From contig JBHGNT010000014.1 in assembly GCA_043228905.1 (NCBI GenBank), positions 14,136,001 through 14,200,000 on the forward strand: a DNA stretch of 64,000 bases, given 5' to 3'. This DNA comes from Azolla caroliniana. Taxonomy: Eukaryota > Plantae > Polypodiophyta. The notes under the pieces are model-generated. The model was not told the DNA's origin. It did no database searches and saw only the letters and a program-made list of their open reading frames with translations. Below are positions 37,289 through 51,800 of the stretch, in pieces. Position numbers and translations under genes: made by a program. Every line of letters starts with the position of its first letter. The first letter of the stretch is position 1.

Positions 37289-40200
37289 TAACAGTCACAT
37301 CATGCATCGAAAGGATCATGACACTCACATTATGACTCGAAAGGATTTGAACCCACGACCTTGTTGTACACATGTCAAATCCTTAACCATTGTATTAATA
37401 TTCTTATATGTATAGTCTCTAGAATATGAAATCTAATATCATAGGAATATTCTATATTACTCTACATTCTAGAATGACCTAGAATATTCTGGAGTGTTCT
37501 ATACCACTAGAACCTTCTAGATTACTCTACATTCTAGGATAACCTAGAATATTCTAGAGTGTTCTCTATTACTTATAAATAGGGATCTACCACCCATCCC
37601 AAACCTAAATTGGTTCAATGCCATTTTGTAGCCTACTCTTTGTAATCCATTTTACGGTTCAATATAATAATTCTCTTTCAATTATCTCTCTATCTCTTTT
37701 TCTCTCTCTTTCTCTCTCTCAGTCTTGACAATATGACTTTTCGGCTATTTACAAATATAGCCCCGATGGACTCTCAGAAGACATATTTACGAATATATCC
37801 CTTCATCCGGTGAGCGCTCCTCACCGGGCCTGCATCATCCGGATCTTGCTAGGCACTCGTCATCCGGTTCTCACCGGGTTTTCCGTAGCTGGGTACTCTT
37901 CATCCAGTTCTCACCGGGTCTTCCGTTGCCGGGTACTTGTCATCCGGTTCTCACCGGGTCTTCCGTAGCCAGGTCTTCCACATCCGGTTTCGGCCGAGGC
38001 CGATGTTCTTCTCACTTCCCATCCGGAGGGACCTGTTTCCTAACAAACTCCCCCTTCACTCCGGCATGGGATGTCTTACTAGTCCGACTTGCTTCCGGCA
38101 TGCATCTAGCTTGTCGGGTATCAATACTTTGGTCAGCATATCTGACCCGTTCTCGGCCGTGTGGATCTTCGTCAGCGCAAACTCCTGGTCTTATACTCTT
38201 TCCCGGATCCAGTGATACCTACGTTGGATATGCTTCGTCCGGGAATGGTAGGCCGCATTCTTAGCAAGGTGGATGGCACTTTGACTGTTGCAATAGAGCC
38301 GGTATTCATCTTGCCGGATACCGAGCTCTCCGATGAAGTCCTTCATCCATAATATTTCCTTGCCGGCTTCCACAGCCACCATGTACTCCGCCTCTGTGGT
38401 TGACAATGCAACCGTCTTCTGCAGCCTCGACTGCCACGAAACAACTCGCTCTGCATATGTCATTACATACCCGGATGTAGACCGAATGGGATCCACATCA
38501 GCCGACATGTTCGAATCGGTAAAACCGTCAAGTTGAGGTTTTCCGGAGCCGAATCGGAGACACATATTTGAAGTGCCCTTCAAGTACCGGAGTATCCATT
38601 TGACTGCGTTCGAGTGCTCCTTGCTAGGATTTCTCATGAACCGGCTCACCACTCCAACTACGTATCCTATATCCGGTCGGGTACACACCATTGCGTACAT
38701 CAAGCTCCCGACGGCAGAGGCATATGGAACCTTCATCATATCAGCCTTCTCTGCTTTCGTCTGCGGGCTTTGCTTGCCGGATAACCTATAGTTTGCCGAA
38801 AGTGTCGATCATACCGGTTTCACTTCTAACATGTTGAACCGTTGAAGCACCATTGTCACGTATTTCTCCTGTGACCACCACAGTTGCTTCGTTGGCCAGT
38901 TCCGGATGATATGCATCCCCAACATCTGTCTTGCCGGACCCAAGTCTTTCATCGTGAAGGTTCGGTTGAGAGCCTTCTTCAGCATCCGTATTTTGGCTTG
39001 GTCCCGTTAGACGATCAACATGTCGTCCACATACAGAAGGAGTATTAGGAAGTCGCCTACTTCGAACTTCTTCACAAACACGCAGTGATCGGCCTGCGTC
39101 TTGTGGTACCCTTGATCGGTCATGAAAGAGTCGAACTTCCGGTACCATTGTCGGGGAGCCTGCTTCAGTCCGTACAGGCTCTTCTTCAACCGGCATACCA
39201 GGTGCTCCTTCCCTTTCTCCATGAATCCTTCCGGTTGCTGCATGTAGATCTCCTCTTCGAGGTCACCGTGAAGGAATGTCGTCTTCACGTCTAGCTGCTC
39301 TACCTCGAGGTCCATGCTTGCCGCTATACTCAGCACCGTCCGAATGGAGGTCATCTTCACTACCGGGGGAAATATCTCGTCGAAGTCCATGCCCTTCTTC
39401 TGCTGGAACCCCTTCACCACGATCCTGGCTTTGTATCTCGGGGGGTTGCCGGCATCTCCCGGTTTCAACTTGTACACCCACTTGTTTCGGAGTGCCCGCT
39501 TTCCTTTCGGCAACTCTACCAATTCATACGTATGGTTCTCATGCAGGGAATCCATCTCATCCTGCATGGCACTTAACCATTTGCGGCAATGGGTGTCATC
39601 CTTCGCCTCTACGAAGCTTTCTGGCTCCCCCTCATCGGTTAGCAGCACATGCTCTGCATCCGGAAATCTCCGGGGGGCCCTTCTCTCTCTGAGAGGATAT
39701 CTCCGTCTTTGGGCTTCGGTAACCGGGCCCTCCATTTGCTCTTCATCCAAATCCGATTCGGGGTTTTGGCCGGTTCCGGTTTCAACTTCCTCTACTTCTT
39801 CTTCCGGTTCGGTATCCTCACCGTAACCGGCTGGTTCCCAGTCGGCGAGCGTCTTGTCCTCCATGAAGATAATATCTCAACTCCGGAATACCTTCTTGTC
39901 GACTAGGTCCCACACTCGGTAGCCGAACTCATCGTCGCCGTAACCGAGGAATATGCATGGCCGGGTCTTTGGATCTAGCTTTCCTCTCCGGTCCTTAGTT
40001 ACATGCACGTACGCGAGACACCTGAATACCTTCAGATGCAAGTAGGACACTTCCTTACCGGTCTAGACTCTCTGCGGCGTGTCTCCGTCCAAGGGTACTG
40101 AGGGTGATCTGTTTATCACATATGTCGCCGTGACAGTGCCTCAGCCCAAAACTTCTTGGGTAGTTTTGCATGCGCCAACATACTCTAGACCCTCTCCATT

Positions 40201-42923
40201 ATGGTCTGGTTCATCCTCTCGACCAGCCCGTTTAGTTCCAACGTCTTCGGCACGGTAAATTCAAGCCGGATTCCCTTCGAGCGGCAGTACTCCTCGAACT
40301 GCCTCCGGTATTCAGCTCCGTTATCTGCTCGAATCGCCTTCAACTTTCGGTCGGTTTCTCTTTCCACTCTCACGTGGAGCTCTTTGAGGATGGATAGCAC
40401 CTGATCCTTTGTCTTCAACGGTGTGGCGCACAGCTTCCGGCTGTGGTCATCTATGAATGTCACGAAGTACTGCGATCCTGCATGTGACTTCGTGTCCACT
40501 TGACACACATCAGTATGCACCAACTCCAGTGGTGCATTACGTCTCATCGGTGGCCTTGGTTGGAAGGAGGTCCGGTTTTGCTTACCGGCCAGACAATCAG
40601 TGCACTTCTCCAAGTGCACGTTCTTCACTGGAATGAGGTTCTTGTCTGTAAGCCTCTTCATCCCCTTCTCGCTCATGTGACATTACCTTTTGTGCCACAG
40701 CTCACCGGCAGTGTCGGATGCCACATTCACTTCCTCTGGACATAACCAGGCATTCATCAGGTACAACGTGTTTACCTTCCGGGCCGGAGCCACAATCAGG
40801 CTCCCTTTGCTAAACTTCATAACACCGTTCCGGATGCTACCTGTGTAGCCTTCATCATCTAGCCGACCGGCTGATATCAGGTTCAGACGAACCTCCAGAA
40901 CGTGTCGGACATCCTTCAGCAGCAACTTGCATCCGGTTGGTGTTGTTAGCCACACGTCTCCTATGCCGAAAATTCGGCATGTACCTTCATTCCCCATCTG
41001 GACACAGTCGTGATCACCGACTGAGTAGGATGAGAAGCATTTCCGGTCCGGGGTAAGGTGGAACGACGCTTCGGAGTCGAGCACCTAGGTCATCTCGTCG
41101 CCGGCAAGGTTTAGCTCACTCTCCTCGATGATGAGCATCAACTCTTCTTCACTTGCCGTGATTGCGTTCTTTCCCTTCCAGTCCGCCCCCCTCCGGTCTT
41201 TACCGTTCTGGTCCGGTGTCCGCTTCGAGTCGGTACCATCGGTTTCCTTGTCTTTCTGGAAATGCCGACAGTTCTTCTAGAAGTGTCCCGACTTGCCGCA
41301 ATAGAAGCAAGTAGGCCTCCCCCTTGTCTTTGACCGCGTCCCTGACTTTTCCCGGTTCTGGGGACTACGGTTCCTTTGTCTTCCGCGTTCCGATTCGGTA
41401 ATGAGCGCTTTGGAGTCGGAGCTCGTATCCTTATCTTTCCGACACGCCTCCTCATCTAGCAAGCTCGACTTCACTCTTGCTAGGGATAACCGTTTCCCTT
41501 CCGGCCCGGCGTTGCCCAAAGTGACAACCAACGTCTCCCAGCTATCTGGGAGGGAACCGAGTAGGAGTAGCGCTAGTACCTCATCGGTGAGAGGTACTTC
41601 CAATGATGTTGCCAGGTGGATCAGCCCCTGGAAGGCATTCATGTGCTCCGCCATGTTGGAGCCATCTTGGTACCAGAGTCTTACTAGCTTCCGGAATACC
41701 GAAAACTGATTAACAACATTTTTGTTCTGAAACAAAATGCCGATCTTCTCCCAGAGCTCATGAGCCTTTCTCTCTTCATTGAAGTTGTTGTATAGACTCA
41801 TGTCGATGAAGCACCGTATGTACGCCGTTGTCTTCATGTGCATCACCTCCCACATCGCGGCGTCGATTTTGTTCGGTCTCTTGTCCTCGAACTGAACTGG
41901 CAGCCAAAGGTCTTTAACCACGAGCATGTCCCTCCTCTTCGACTTCCACACCGAATAGTTGGAATCGGTGAGCTTGAACATGCCTCCTAACGAATCATCC
42001 ATTTTTCTGTGTTGCCTAGCTCTGATACCACTTTGACACGAACTACACGCTCCCTATCCGCAACGCTCGGCCACAACCGAGCTTAGAATCATACACAGAA
42101 AACAGGAAATGAAAGCACGACACAAAAGGAGAGAAGAGTACACAAGATGTTTAACATGGAAAACCCTGAGAGGGAAAAACCACGGCAGTCCACTGACTGC
42201 TAACTATCACTATGTCACAATGATTACAATAGTGAGCTCACGGAGGCAACCACCTCATGCTCACGATCTTCGCCACAGGCGGCGGTTACAACAGAGGCAA
42301 CGACCTCTTCCTCTTTCTCTCTCTCTGTACACTGTTACACGCTCTCTAGTCTTGTACCAACAAGAATGACAACAACACTAACAATAAGTTTTCCCTAAGT
42401 CATATTTATACTAATATGACTTTTCGGCTATTTACAAATATAGCCTCGATGGACTCTTAGAAGACATATTTATGAATATGTCCCTTCATCCGGTGAGCGC
42501 TCCTCATCGGGCCTGCATCATCCGAATCTTGCCGGGCACTCGTCATCCGATTCTCACCAGGTCTTCACCATCCGGTTCTTGCCGGGTACTCGTCGTCTGG
42601 TTCTCACCGGGTCTTCCGTTGCCGGGTACATGTCATCCAGTTCTCATCGGGTCTTCCGTAGCCGGGTCTTCCGTTTGCCCATCAGTACTGTTCTTCTCAC
42701 TTCCCATCTGGACGGACCTGTTTCCTAACACACACAAGGAAAAGGCTTACTTACACACACAAGAGACAAAGTTTCGAATGCCTTTGTGAAAAAAGAGGTG
42801 CATGGGCAAGGCCAAATGCTCCCTTGTTACAAAACACGTGAATACACAAGCAAGGTTTATACACGGGAGACACAATTTCGAACGCCTTTGTGAAAAGAAA
42901 GGTGCATGGGCAAGCCCAAACGC

Positions 42924-44333
42924 TGTCGTGTGAATCTTCACACATTATGTAAAAAATACTGAAATAATTATTATAGATTAGATTAGTAGCTTACTATAGA
43001 AAGATGGATACACTCAAGAGCTTCAAAATGTATTTTACTCTATACAAAATGGAGAAATACATATCAAGTTATTAAAAAATGAAGTTTGATTAGATAGAGA
43101 AATTAGAACTATCCCACATAGATAGGAAAGTTAAGGCCCTAGCTATATAAACACCTTGAGCTCCCTCATTTTTCATTTTTGTTAAGAGCCATTTGGCCAC
43201 TTTGTCTTGATGGATGATGGTGGCCAAATTCCCTAAAATTGGAAACCGGTCGGTAAGCAAATCCGGAAAACGGGTTCGGTAAGCAAATCCGGAAACGGGC
43301 CGGTAAGCAAATCCGGAAACGGGCCGGTATGCAATCCGGAAACCGGTCGGTATGCAATTCGGAAACCGGTAAGTATGCAAAACCGGAACTGGCCGGCAAG
43401 CAAAACCGGAACCGGAACGGGTATGCAAACCGGCTGGTAAGCAAAACCGGAACCGGCCGATAAGCAAAACCGGAACCAGAACAGGTATGCAAACCGGAAA
43501 CCGGCCGGCAAGCAAAACCGGAAACCGGTCGGTAAGCAAAACCTGAATCGGAATCGGCAAGCAAAACCGGAACCGGAACCGGCAAGCAAACCGGAACCGG
43601 CCGGCAAGCAAAACCGGAACCAGAACCGGAACCGACCGGCAAGCAAAATGGAACCGGCTACCGGATGATGTTGGACGCGGACGGACGAAAGATTGGATCA
43701 TGCAACAAACTAAAGTAAAGTGAAGAGAACTAAAGTAAAGGCCATGTGGACGCAAGCAACTAAAGAAGGGAGTGCATGGAAAAAGTAAAGGTCATGTGGA
43801 CAGTCACATGCAACCAAAAGAAAAAGCTAGGCAACTAAAAGTAGAGGCCATGCAACAAAAAGTGAAAAGGCTATGATCAAGAGAGAACTCCATATTTATT
43901 CCATTTTTTTTTCTACACGAGGACTCTCCATGTTATCTTAATTTTCTTTTCTTTTCTTTGGGAGCTCTCTTATCTTATCGAAGCCAAGAACCCTAATCTT
44001 CCCTACGTAAGTTATCACTCAAGTAAACCATAATATCCATACAGAAGCAATCTCTCAAAATCCAAAATTCCTTGTCAAAACCATATCACTCAAGAATCAT
44101 AATCTCTTATTTCCTCTAATCTATTATTCTAATCATCTCCATAAGATAAAACTTTTGTAATCCCAATCTTGGGATTGATTGTAATCTTTCTTTCCCTTTT
44201 ATTAATGAAATTTGTTAATCTTTCTCATTTCGGTTAATTCTTAGTATATAAATACACGAATTTGATATCCTCTAGACAAAGGTCACGGGGTCTAGCCTCA
44301 ACGTTCACGTATCCTCGTCGTATTTTCGGGACA
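42924..44333 (+). repeat. Solo LTR (1.4 kb) with an internal CCGG-rich minisatellite
   Basis: TGTCGTG...GGGACA flanked by ACGC/ACAC; interrupts one satellite monomer; repeats at 43220-43665. Confidence 0.78.
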
Positions 44334-44337
44334 ACAC

Positions 44338-45430
44338 TCCCTTGCCATAGGTCGCACGAACACACAAGCAAGGTTTACAGACGGGAGAAACAATTTCAAT
44401 CGCCTTTTTGAAAGGAGAGGTGCCTGGGCAAGCCCGACACTCCTTTGCCACAAGTCGCACAAACACACAAGCACGGTTTACACACAGGAGAAACAATTTC
44501 GAACACCTTTGTGAAAGGAGAGGTGCATGGGCCAGCCCGAACGCTCCCTTGCCACGAGTCACACGAACACACAAGCAAGGTTTACATACGGGAGAAACAA
44601 TTTTGAACGCCTTTGTGAAAGGAGAGGTGCATGGTCAAGCCCGAACGCTCCCTTGCCACAAGTCGCACGAACACACAAGCATGGTTTACACACAGGAGAA
44701 ACAATTTCGAACACCTTTGTGAAAGGAGAGGTGCATGGGCAAGCCCGAATGCTCCCTTGCCACGAGTCACACGAACACACAAGCAAGGTTTACATACGGG
44801 AGAAACAATTTCGAACGCCTTTGTGAAAGGAGAGGTGCATGGTCATGCCCGAACACTCCCTTGCCACAAGTCGCACGAACACACAAGAAAGGTTTACACA
44901 CAAGAGAAACAATTTCAAACACATTTGTGAAAGGAGAGGTGCATGGTCAAGCCCGAACGCTCCCTTGCCACGAGTCACACGAACACACAAGCAAGGTTTA
45001 CATACGGGAGAAACAATTTCGAACGCCTTTGTGAAAGGAGAGGTGCATGGTCATGCCCGAACACTCCCTTGCCACAAGTCGCACGAACACACAAGAAAGG
45101 TTTACACACAAGAGAAACAATTTCAAACACATTTGTGAAAGGAGAGGTGCATGGGCAAGCCCGAACGCTCCCTTGCCACAAGTCGCACGAACACACAAGC
45201 AAGATTTACACTAACATGCAAGACACGTAAGTTTGAAGGCCTTTGTGAAAGGAGAGGTGCATGCGCAAGCCCGAAACGTCCCTTGTCACAAGACACACAA
45301 ACAAATAAGCAGAAACGACGATAACATATAAAACATGTAGGTTTGAATTCCTTTGTGAAAGGAGAGTTGCATGGGCAAGCCCGAAATGCTCCCTTGTCAC
45401 AAGACACACAAACAAATAAGCACAAATGAC
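44338..45430. repeat. 104-bp tandem satellite array (~10 units here; more at 31420-31575 and 42736-42923)
   Basis: TTTGTGAAAGGAGAGGTGCATGG..AAGCCCGAAC recurs every 104 bp; ORF starts at 44527/44631/44735/44839/44943 mirror the period. Confidence 0.95.
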
Positions 45431-48400
45431 GGTAACAAATAAGCACAATCAAGATTTACATATACGACAAGTAGATGAAAGAATACATAAGTTTATATCA
45501 ATATAATAGATTCTTTTATAATATTAGAGTCATGTTATAATGGGTTGGATGCAAATATGAAGGATTGTTTATAAATGAATGGGGGAAGAGAGCTAGAGGA
45601 AAGAAGAGAGTGGAGTATAGAAGGAGTTTCTTTGTTGATGATACCTCTCAATATTGTTGATCCTTCTTCTTCCACTTTCCAATTGAGTAGAGCTTCCGTG
45701 TTCCTTCTCCCTCCCCTCCTTCTTCACTAGAATAGGCTCTTATTTATAGGTTTAGGATTGCTTGCCATTTTCCCCTAAAAAAACGCTTGTCTATATGAGT
45801 CGACTTTTATTTTCCTCATTATTTCTGTTTTCTAGCCCCAAAATTCACATGCAAGATATTCTTGAAAAGCTCTTTGGGCTATCTTTCTCATGCATCTTTT
45901 CTTTTCTAATTTGGACATCTAACGAGGAAATTATGACCTTTTTTCTCTACTACGCTCCTCATATCCACGCGTGCTCTTTTTTTTTCTTCTCCATCTTTTT
46001 CTCTACGTTTGTCTACTTTTGAAAACCGCCTCTAACTGAATATTCATCATTATTTACTGTACGGTGTCGTGAAGATTTTCGTCCACGAGCGGAAACCCGA
46101 GCAACAAGAGCCAAAGAGCGATGTGCAACGTTGCAGATGTACATAATGTATTTGTAATAATAATAGGGGTAAAGGGTATGGTGCTAGAAATGCCCCATAA
46201 GATCCCTAAGGTATAAAGGCGATGTGGTCTTGTGCGCACATCCACGCGAGAGAGAGAGAGACGTACTATGCGGTACATACGTACCTAGTTGTTTGTGAGG
46301 AGGTGGGAGTTACGGGGCCATCAATCTCACCCTCCCCCAAATCAAGGCAAATATCCCCTTTGAATGAAAGGGGATATTTTAGCCTCGTTTTTGTAAACAA
46401 TCTTCCCTCCTTGTGCTATAAAAGGAGAGGGAAGGCACCATTGTGAGGGTTGCCTATTTTGAGTGTGCGAGGTATACCACATAGGTCGAGCGTTAGGGTT
46501 AGGGTTAGGGTTTCGAGTAGTCGTTTGGTGCTGCCTATGCGGCCACCATTTTGTAATCGTTCACTTCGTTTTAATACATCTTGTTGATCATCTTGTCTCC
46601 ATCTTCCTCTTGTTCGATCTAATCTCGTGTTCATTCTTCTTCTTCTTGAGCAAAGCTTCCATTCCTTGTTTGATTCCTTCTCCTCCACTCCTTAGTCCAA
46701 GACCCCCGTGGTCCCGCCCTTCTCCACGCACGCGCGTAACAACGCGACATATTTGGTGAACCCGAGGTGAAGAGGCGGCAAGGGAGGAAGGAGATGGAAG
46801 CCGGAGACATCGCGGAAGTAATTACGAGAATGGCAAGGGATTTCGCAAGAAGGAGAGAAAGACGGGAAGAGGCGTACAAGTACGATCGACGCGAGTTCGA
46901 TCTATGGGTGTTGTCGGCAAAGGCTCCTCGAAGCGCAATGAAGGCATTCCGGGAGTTCGATCTCCAGTTTTCCCAACTTTCGGTCCGGGATTAAGAATCG
47001 GTGGGGGCAGACAAGGTCCCACTATTCTTGAAGTCGGTCAACGAAAGGGGGAGAATGGCCATTTTTCCCTACCTCGAAGACGATGAAGGGGCGTACGGCC
47101 TCACCGAAGATTGGAACGAGGTGGAATGGGCGTGCATACAATGCGATGAGAGGCGGTCGGCCACAACGCGGCCCGCGAGCGGCGGAGAAGAGAGAGCGGC
47201 GACCGACTACGCACTACCGCCGGAAGAGAGCTCAACGCAAATCGGTTCGGAGGAGCTCGACATCGAAGCCTTGGTGCGGGAAGTGTACGAGATCGTAGAG
47301 GCACAAATTGAAGACGAGGAAGGGCTTATTGCGGAGTCGGGCCCGAGCGGATCGGAGGATGAGGAGGCCGAAAGAGAATGGTACATTGGTACCACGGGAG
47401 AGGGTGCGGAGCGAGCCACCCTCTCGACATGCGGAGAAAGATCGACCGAGGACGAGGTCAGGGACGGTGAGGCGGCGATCACCGGTTCTAGCGGACATTA
47501 GGGAGTTCGGGCATAGAGGCCCGAAACATCGAGCGGGGAGAAGACGGGCGGTGGTGCCGGGACCTTACGCACACCGGGCCTAGAGACTCCGGCAACCGGC
47601 CCGAGAGCCGGTGTGAGACCTAGAGTGACGGGCGGTGGAGGCGGCAAGGCAGGCGACTACGATGGTGACATGGGAGAGGGTGCGGAAAGAGCGACTCTCT
47701 CGTCTTGCGGCGAATGGACGGCCATGGAGGCCGGAAACTACGGATTCGGGACATGGCTGCCCGAAAAATCTAGGGAGGAGGAGACAAGCGGCGGTGCCGC
47801 GACCTTACACACACCGGCCCTAGAGGCACCGGCGGTCGGCCCGATTGCCGGCATGAGACCTAGAGCAACGGGCGGTGGCGGCGGCAAGGCGGGAAACTGA
47901 GACACCGGTAAGGAGACCGTGGAAGAGGAGGCGGCAAGCGTAATTGATGCTTGCATATACGGAGGCGGGGTAGCCACGGACGACGACGTCCGAATGGAGG
48001 TGGCTACGGGCATAGCATCGATGAGCGGCGACGTTGCTACCTTACACGCACCGGTTCAAGAGACCCCGGTGGCCGGCCCGAGTGCCCGCGTGAGACCTAG
48101 GGTAACGAACGGTGGCGGCGGCAAGGCGGGCGACCACGGCGACGATGTGGGAGAGGGTGGGGAGCGAGCGACCCTCTCGACTTGTGGAAAGAGGATGGCC
48201 ATGGATGAGGCCAATATCTACGGAGCAATGGACGCCACTTTGAGAGTGGGCAAAAGTTTTGGGACGCGGTTGCCTGAAACGAGGAAGAAGAGGAGACGAG
48301 CGGCGGTGCCGCGACCTTCCACACACCGGTCCTAGAGACTCCGGCAACCGGCCCGAGAGCCGGTGTGAGATCTAGAGAGACGGACGGTGGCGGCAGCAAG

Positions 48401-48829
48401 GCGGGCAACCGAAATGACGAAGAGGAGATTCGTAGCGACCGGAGGCGAGATCCCTCGACACCGGGGCCGGAGACTTCAGCGGTTTCGCCCGAGCGCGGAC
48501 ATAAGACCGGAGAGATGGGCGGTGGCCGTGAGGATGAGAGGCCCGGAGTGGGCACGTGCGAAAGGACCGAAGGAGAGGTCCGGAGCGGCATCGAGGAGCG
48601 AGTCGGGAACCGACCCGACCGGGAGGCGGAGCGGAAGAAGAGTGAAGCGGGGTCCGGTCAACCGGGCCCAAACCGAAGAAGAACCGGCAAGGCCGGATTT
48701 GTGTGGACAAACATGTACCGGCCGGTTACGATTACGGAAGGGAGCCGACCAAACCGAAACTTGATCGGCCGAGACCGATCCGGGCGAAGGCTAAGTCGGC
48801 ATGATTTCGGGGAGGACGGGTGTCACAAC

Positions 48830-51800
48830 TGTAAGGAATAGACGCTTCTATTCACCTTCACCGCTCGGCCACAACCGAGTAAGCGCGAATCGATGGAGCA
48901 GAAAATAGGAACCACAAAGAGAAACAAAACGCGAGTACACAGGGATTAACGTGGAAAACCCTATACGGGAAAAACCACGGGAGTACAAGACTCCAAACCA
49001 ACACTATACAGAGAAGTATACAATGGCGAGCTGCAAGGCGACGACCTTGAGCTCGCTGTCCTCGCCACAGGCGGCGGAAATACACAGAGGCGTCTACCTC
49101 TTCCTCTCTCGCGCTCTATCTCTCTCTCTCTCACGGCTGCTTACACTTCACTCCTCTTGAGTGGAAAAACAGAAAAATGAGAAGCAACAACTAAACTATT
49201 TGCCCTAAGTCATATTTATACTTATATGACTTTGGACTATTTACAACTGTAGCCTCAGGGGCCCATAGCGAACATATTCACGGATATGTCCCTGCATCCG
49301 GATCGCTCTCCGGGTACATTCGTCATCCGGTACCGAAACCGGGGTCTTCGTCATCCGGATCCGAAACCGGGGTCTTCGTCATCCGGATCCGAAACCGGAA
49401 CCGGGCTTGTCGGCATTCATCTCCGATATCCGACCATCCCATGCGAAGGGACCGTAATCCCAACAAACTCCCCCTTCACTTCGGCATGGGATGCCTCTCC
49501 AATCCGATCCTCTTCCGGCATGCTTCCAGCTTGTCGGGTGTGAGGACCTTGGTCAGCATATCCGACCCGTTCTCGTCCGTGTGGATCTTCGTCAGCACGA
49601 ACTCCTTGTCTTCTATCCTTTCCCGGATCCAGTGATATCTTCGCTGGATGTGCTTCGTCCGGGAGTGATAGGCCGCGTTCTTCGCAAGGTGGATTGCACT
49701 CTGACTGTCGCAGTAGAGTCGGTACTCCTCCTGTCGGATACCGAGCTCTCTAATGAAGTCCTTCATCCATATTATTTCCTTGCCGGCTTCAACAGCCGCC
49801 ATGTACTCCGCCTCCGTAGTTGACAGCGCAACCGTCTTCTGCAGCCTCGACTGCCATGAAACAGCTCCCCCTGCATACGTCATCACATACCCTGATGTGG
49901 ACCGGCTGGCATCTGCATCAGCCGACATATCCGAATCGGTGAAGCCGTCGAGTTCGGGCTTACCGGAGCCGAATCGGAGGCACACGTTTGCCGTGCCCTT
50001 CAGGTATCGGAGTATCCACTTGGCCGCGTTCCAATGCTCTTTGCCGGGATTGCTCATGTACCGGCTCACCACTCCGACTGCATGTCCGATGTCCGGTCTC
50101 GTACACACCATGGCGTACATCAAGCTCCCGACGGCTGAGGCATACGGCACTTTCATCATATCCTCCTTTTCAGCCTTTGTCTTGGGGCTTTGCTTGCTGG
50201 ACAGCTTGCAGTTTGTCGGGAGGGTCGATCCGACCGGTCTTGCTTCCGACATGTTGAACCGGTGAAGCACCTTCGTCACGTACTTCTCCTGTGACAGCCA
50301 CAACTGCTTCTTGCTCCGGTCCCGGATGATGTGCATCCCTAGTATTTGTCTCGCCGGACCCAGGTCCTTCATTGAGAAGGTTCGGTGAAGAGCCTTCTTC
50401 AGCATCCGGATCTTGACCTGGTCCCGTCCGATGATCAACATGTCGTCCACGTACAGGAGGAGTATTAGAAAGTCTCCTCCTTCGAACTTCTTCACAAACA
50501 CGCAGTGATCGAACTGCGTTTTGAGGTACCCTTCGTCGGTCATGAAGGAGTCGAACTTCCGGTACCATTGCCGGGGAGCCTGCTTCAGTCCGTAAAGGCT
50601 CTTCTTCAACCGGCATACCAGGTGCTCCTTCCCTTTCTTCTCGAATCCATCCGGTTGCTGCATGTAGATCTCTTCATCGAGGTCGCCGTGAAGGAATGTC
50701 GTCTTCACGTCCATCTGTTCTACCTCGAGGTCCATGCTTGCCGCTATGCTCAGCACCGTCCGGATGGAGGTCATCTTCACTACCGGGGCAAATATCTCGT
50801 CGAAGTCGACGCCCTTCTTCTGCTGAAACCCCTTCACCACGATCCTGGCTTTGTATCTCGGGGGGTTTCTGGCATCTCCCGGTTTCAGCTTGAACACCCA
50901 CTTGTTTCGAAGTGCCCGCTTTCCTTTCGGCAACTCCACAAGTTCATATGTGTGGTTCTCATGCAGGGAATCCATCTCGTCCTGCATGGCACTCAACCAC
51001 CTGCGGCTCTGGGTGTCATGTTTTGCTTCCTCAAAGCTCTCCGGCTCCCCCTCGTCGGTTAGCAACACGTGCTCTGGTTCCGGAAATCTCCGGGGGGCCC
51101 TTCTCTCTCTTTGAGGGTATCTCCGTTTCGGAGCTTCGGTAACCGGTTCTTCCGATTCTTCTTCTTCATCCGAATCCATTTCGGGATCGGGGCCGGTTCC
51201 GGTATCATTTTCATCTTCTTCGGCCGGTTCTGTTTCTTCACCGTCTTCGGCCGGGTCCTCGAGTGCTAACCGGTCCCTTGCCGGTCGGGACTGCTCCTCG
51301 TAGAGTTTATCCTCACCGGTCGACTTGGAGCTCTTCATCTTCTTCTCCGACTCCCAGTCGGCGAGTGTCTTGTCCTCCATAAAGACGATATCTCGACTCC
51401 TGAATATCTTCTTGTCGACCGGGTCCCATACTCGGTAGCCGAACTCGTCGTCGCCGTAACCGAGGAATATGCATGGCCGGGTCTTCGGATCTAGCTTTCC
51501 TCTCCGGTCCTTCGCCACGTGCACGTATGCGAGACACCCGAACACCTTCAGATGCCGGTAGGATACTTCCCTACCGGTCCACACTCTCTGCGGCGTGTCT
51601 CCGTCCAAAGGTACTGAAGGTGATCGGTTTATCACATATGTCGCCGTCGACATTGCCTCAGCCCAAAACCCCTTGGGTAATTTCGCATGCGCCAGCATAC
51701 TCCGAACCCTCTCCATTATGGTCCGGTTCATCCTCTCGGCCAGCCCGTTCAGTTCCGGCGTCTTCGGCACAGTAAACTCGAGCCGGATTCCCTTCGAGCG

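Larger units (their letters stand above)
31967..37730 (+). mobile_element. Chromovirus (Tcn1-like) Ty3/Gypsy element
   Basis: TSD ATATG; LTRs 31967-32437 and 37281-37730; PPT 37266-37280; gag, PR LLDSGA, RT YLDD, RNase H, integrase with GPY and a chromodomain. Confidence 0.95.
31576..42730 (-). mobile_element. Ty1/Copia element, full length but degenerate
   Basis: TSD CACAC. LTRs 42034-42730 and 31576-38045 (the latter split by a Gypsy). tRNA-iMet PBS at 42019-42030. gag-PR-INT-RT-RH fragments 38050-42002 with stops and frameshifts. Confidence 0.93.

Noticed and set aside
43090-45230. Many overlapping ORFs
   Set aside because: Artefacts of stop-poor tandem repeats
44338-45430. CRISPR-like regularly spaced repeats
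   Set aside because: The whole 104-bp unit repeats with no unique spacers, there are no cas genes, and the context is eukaryotic
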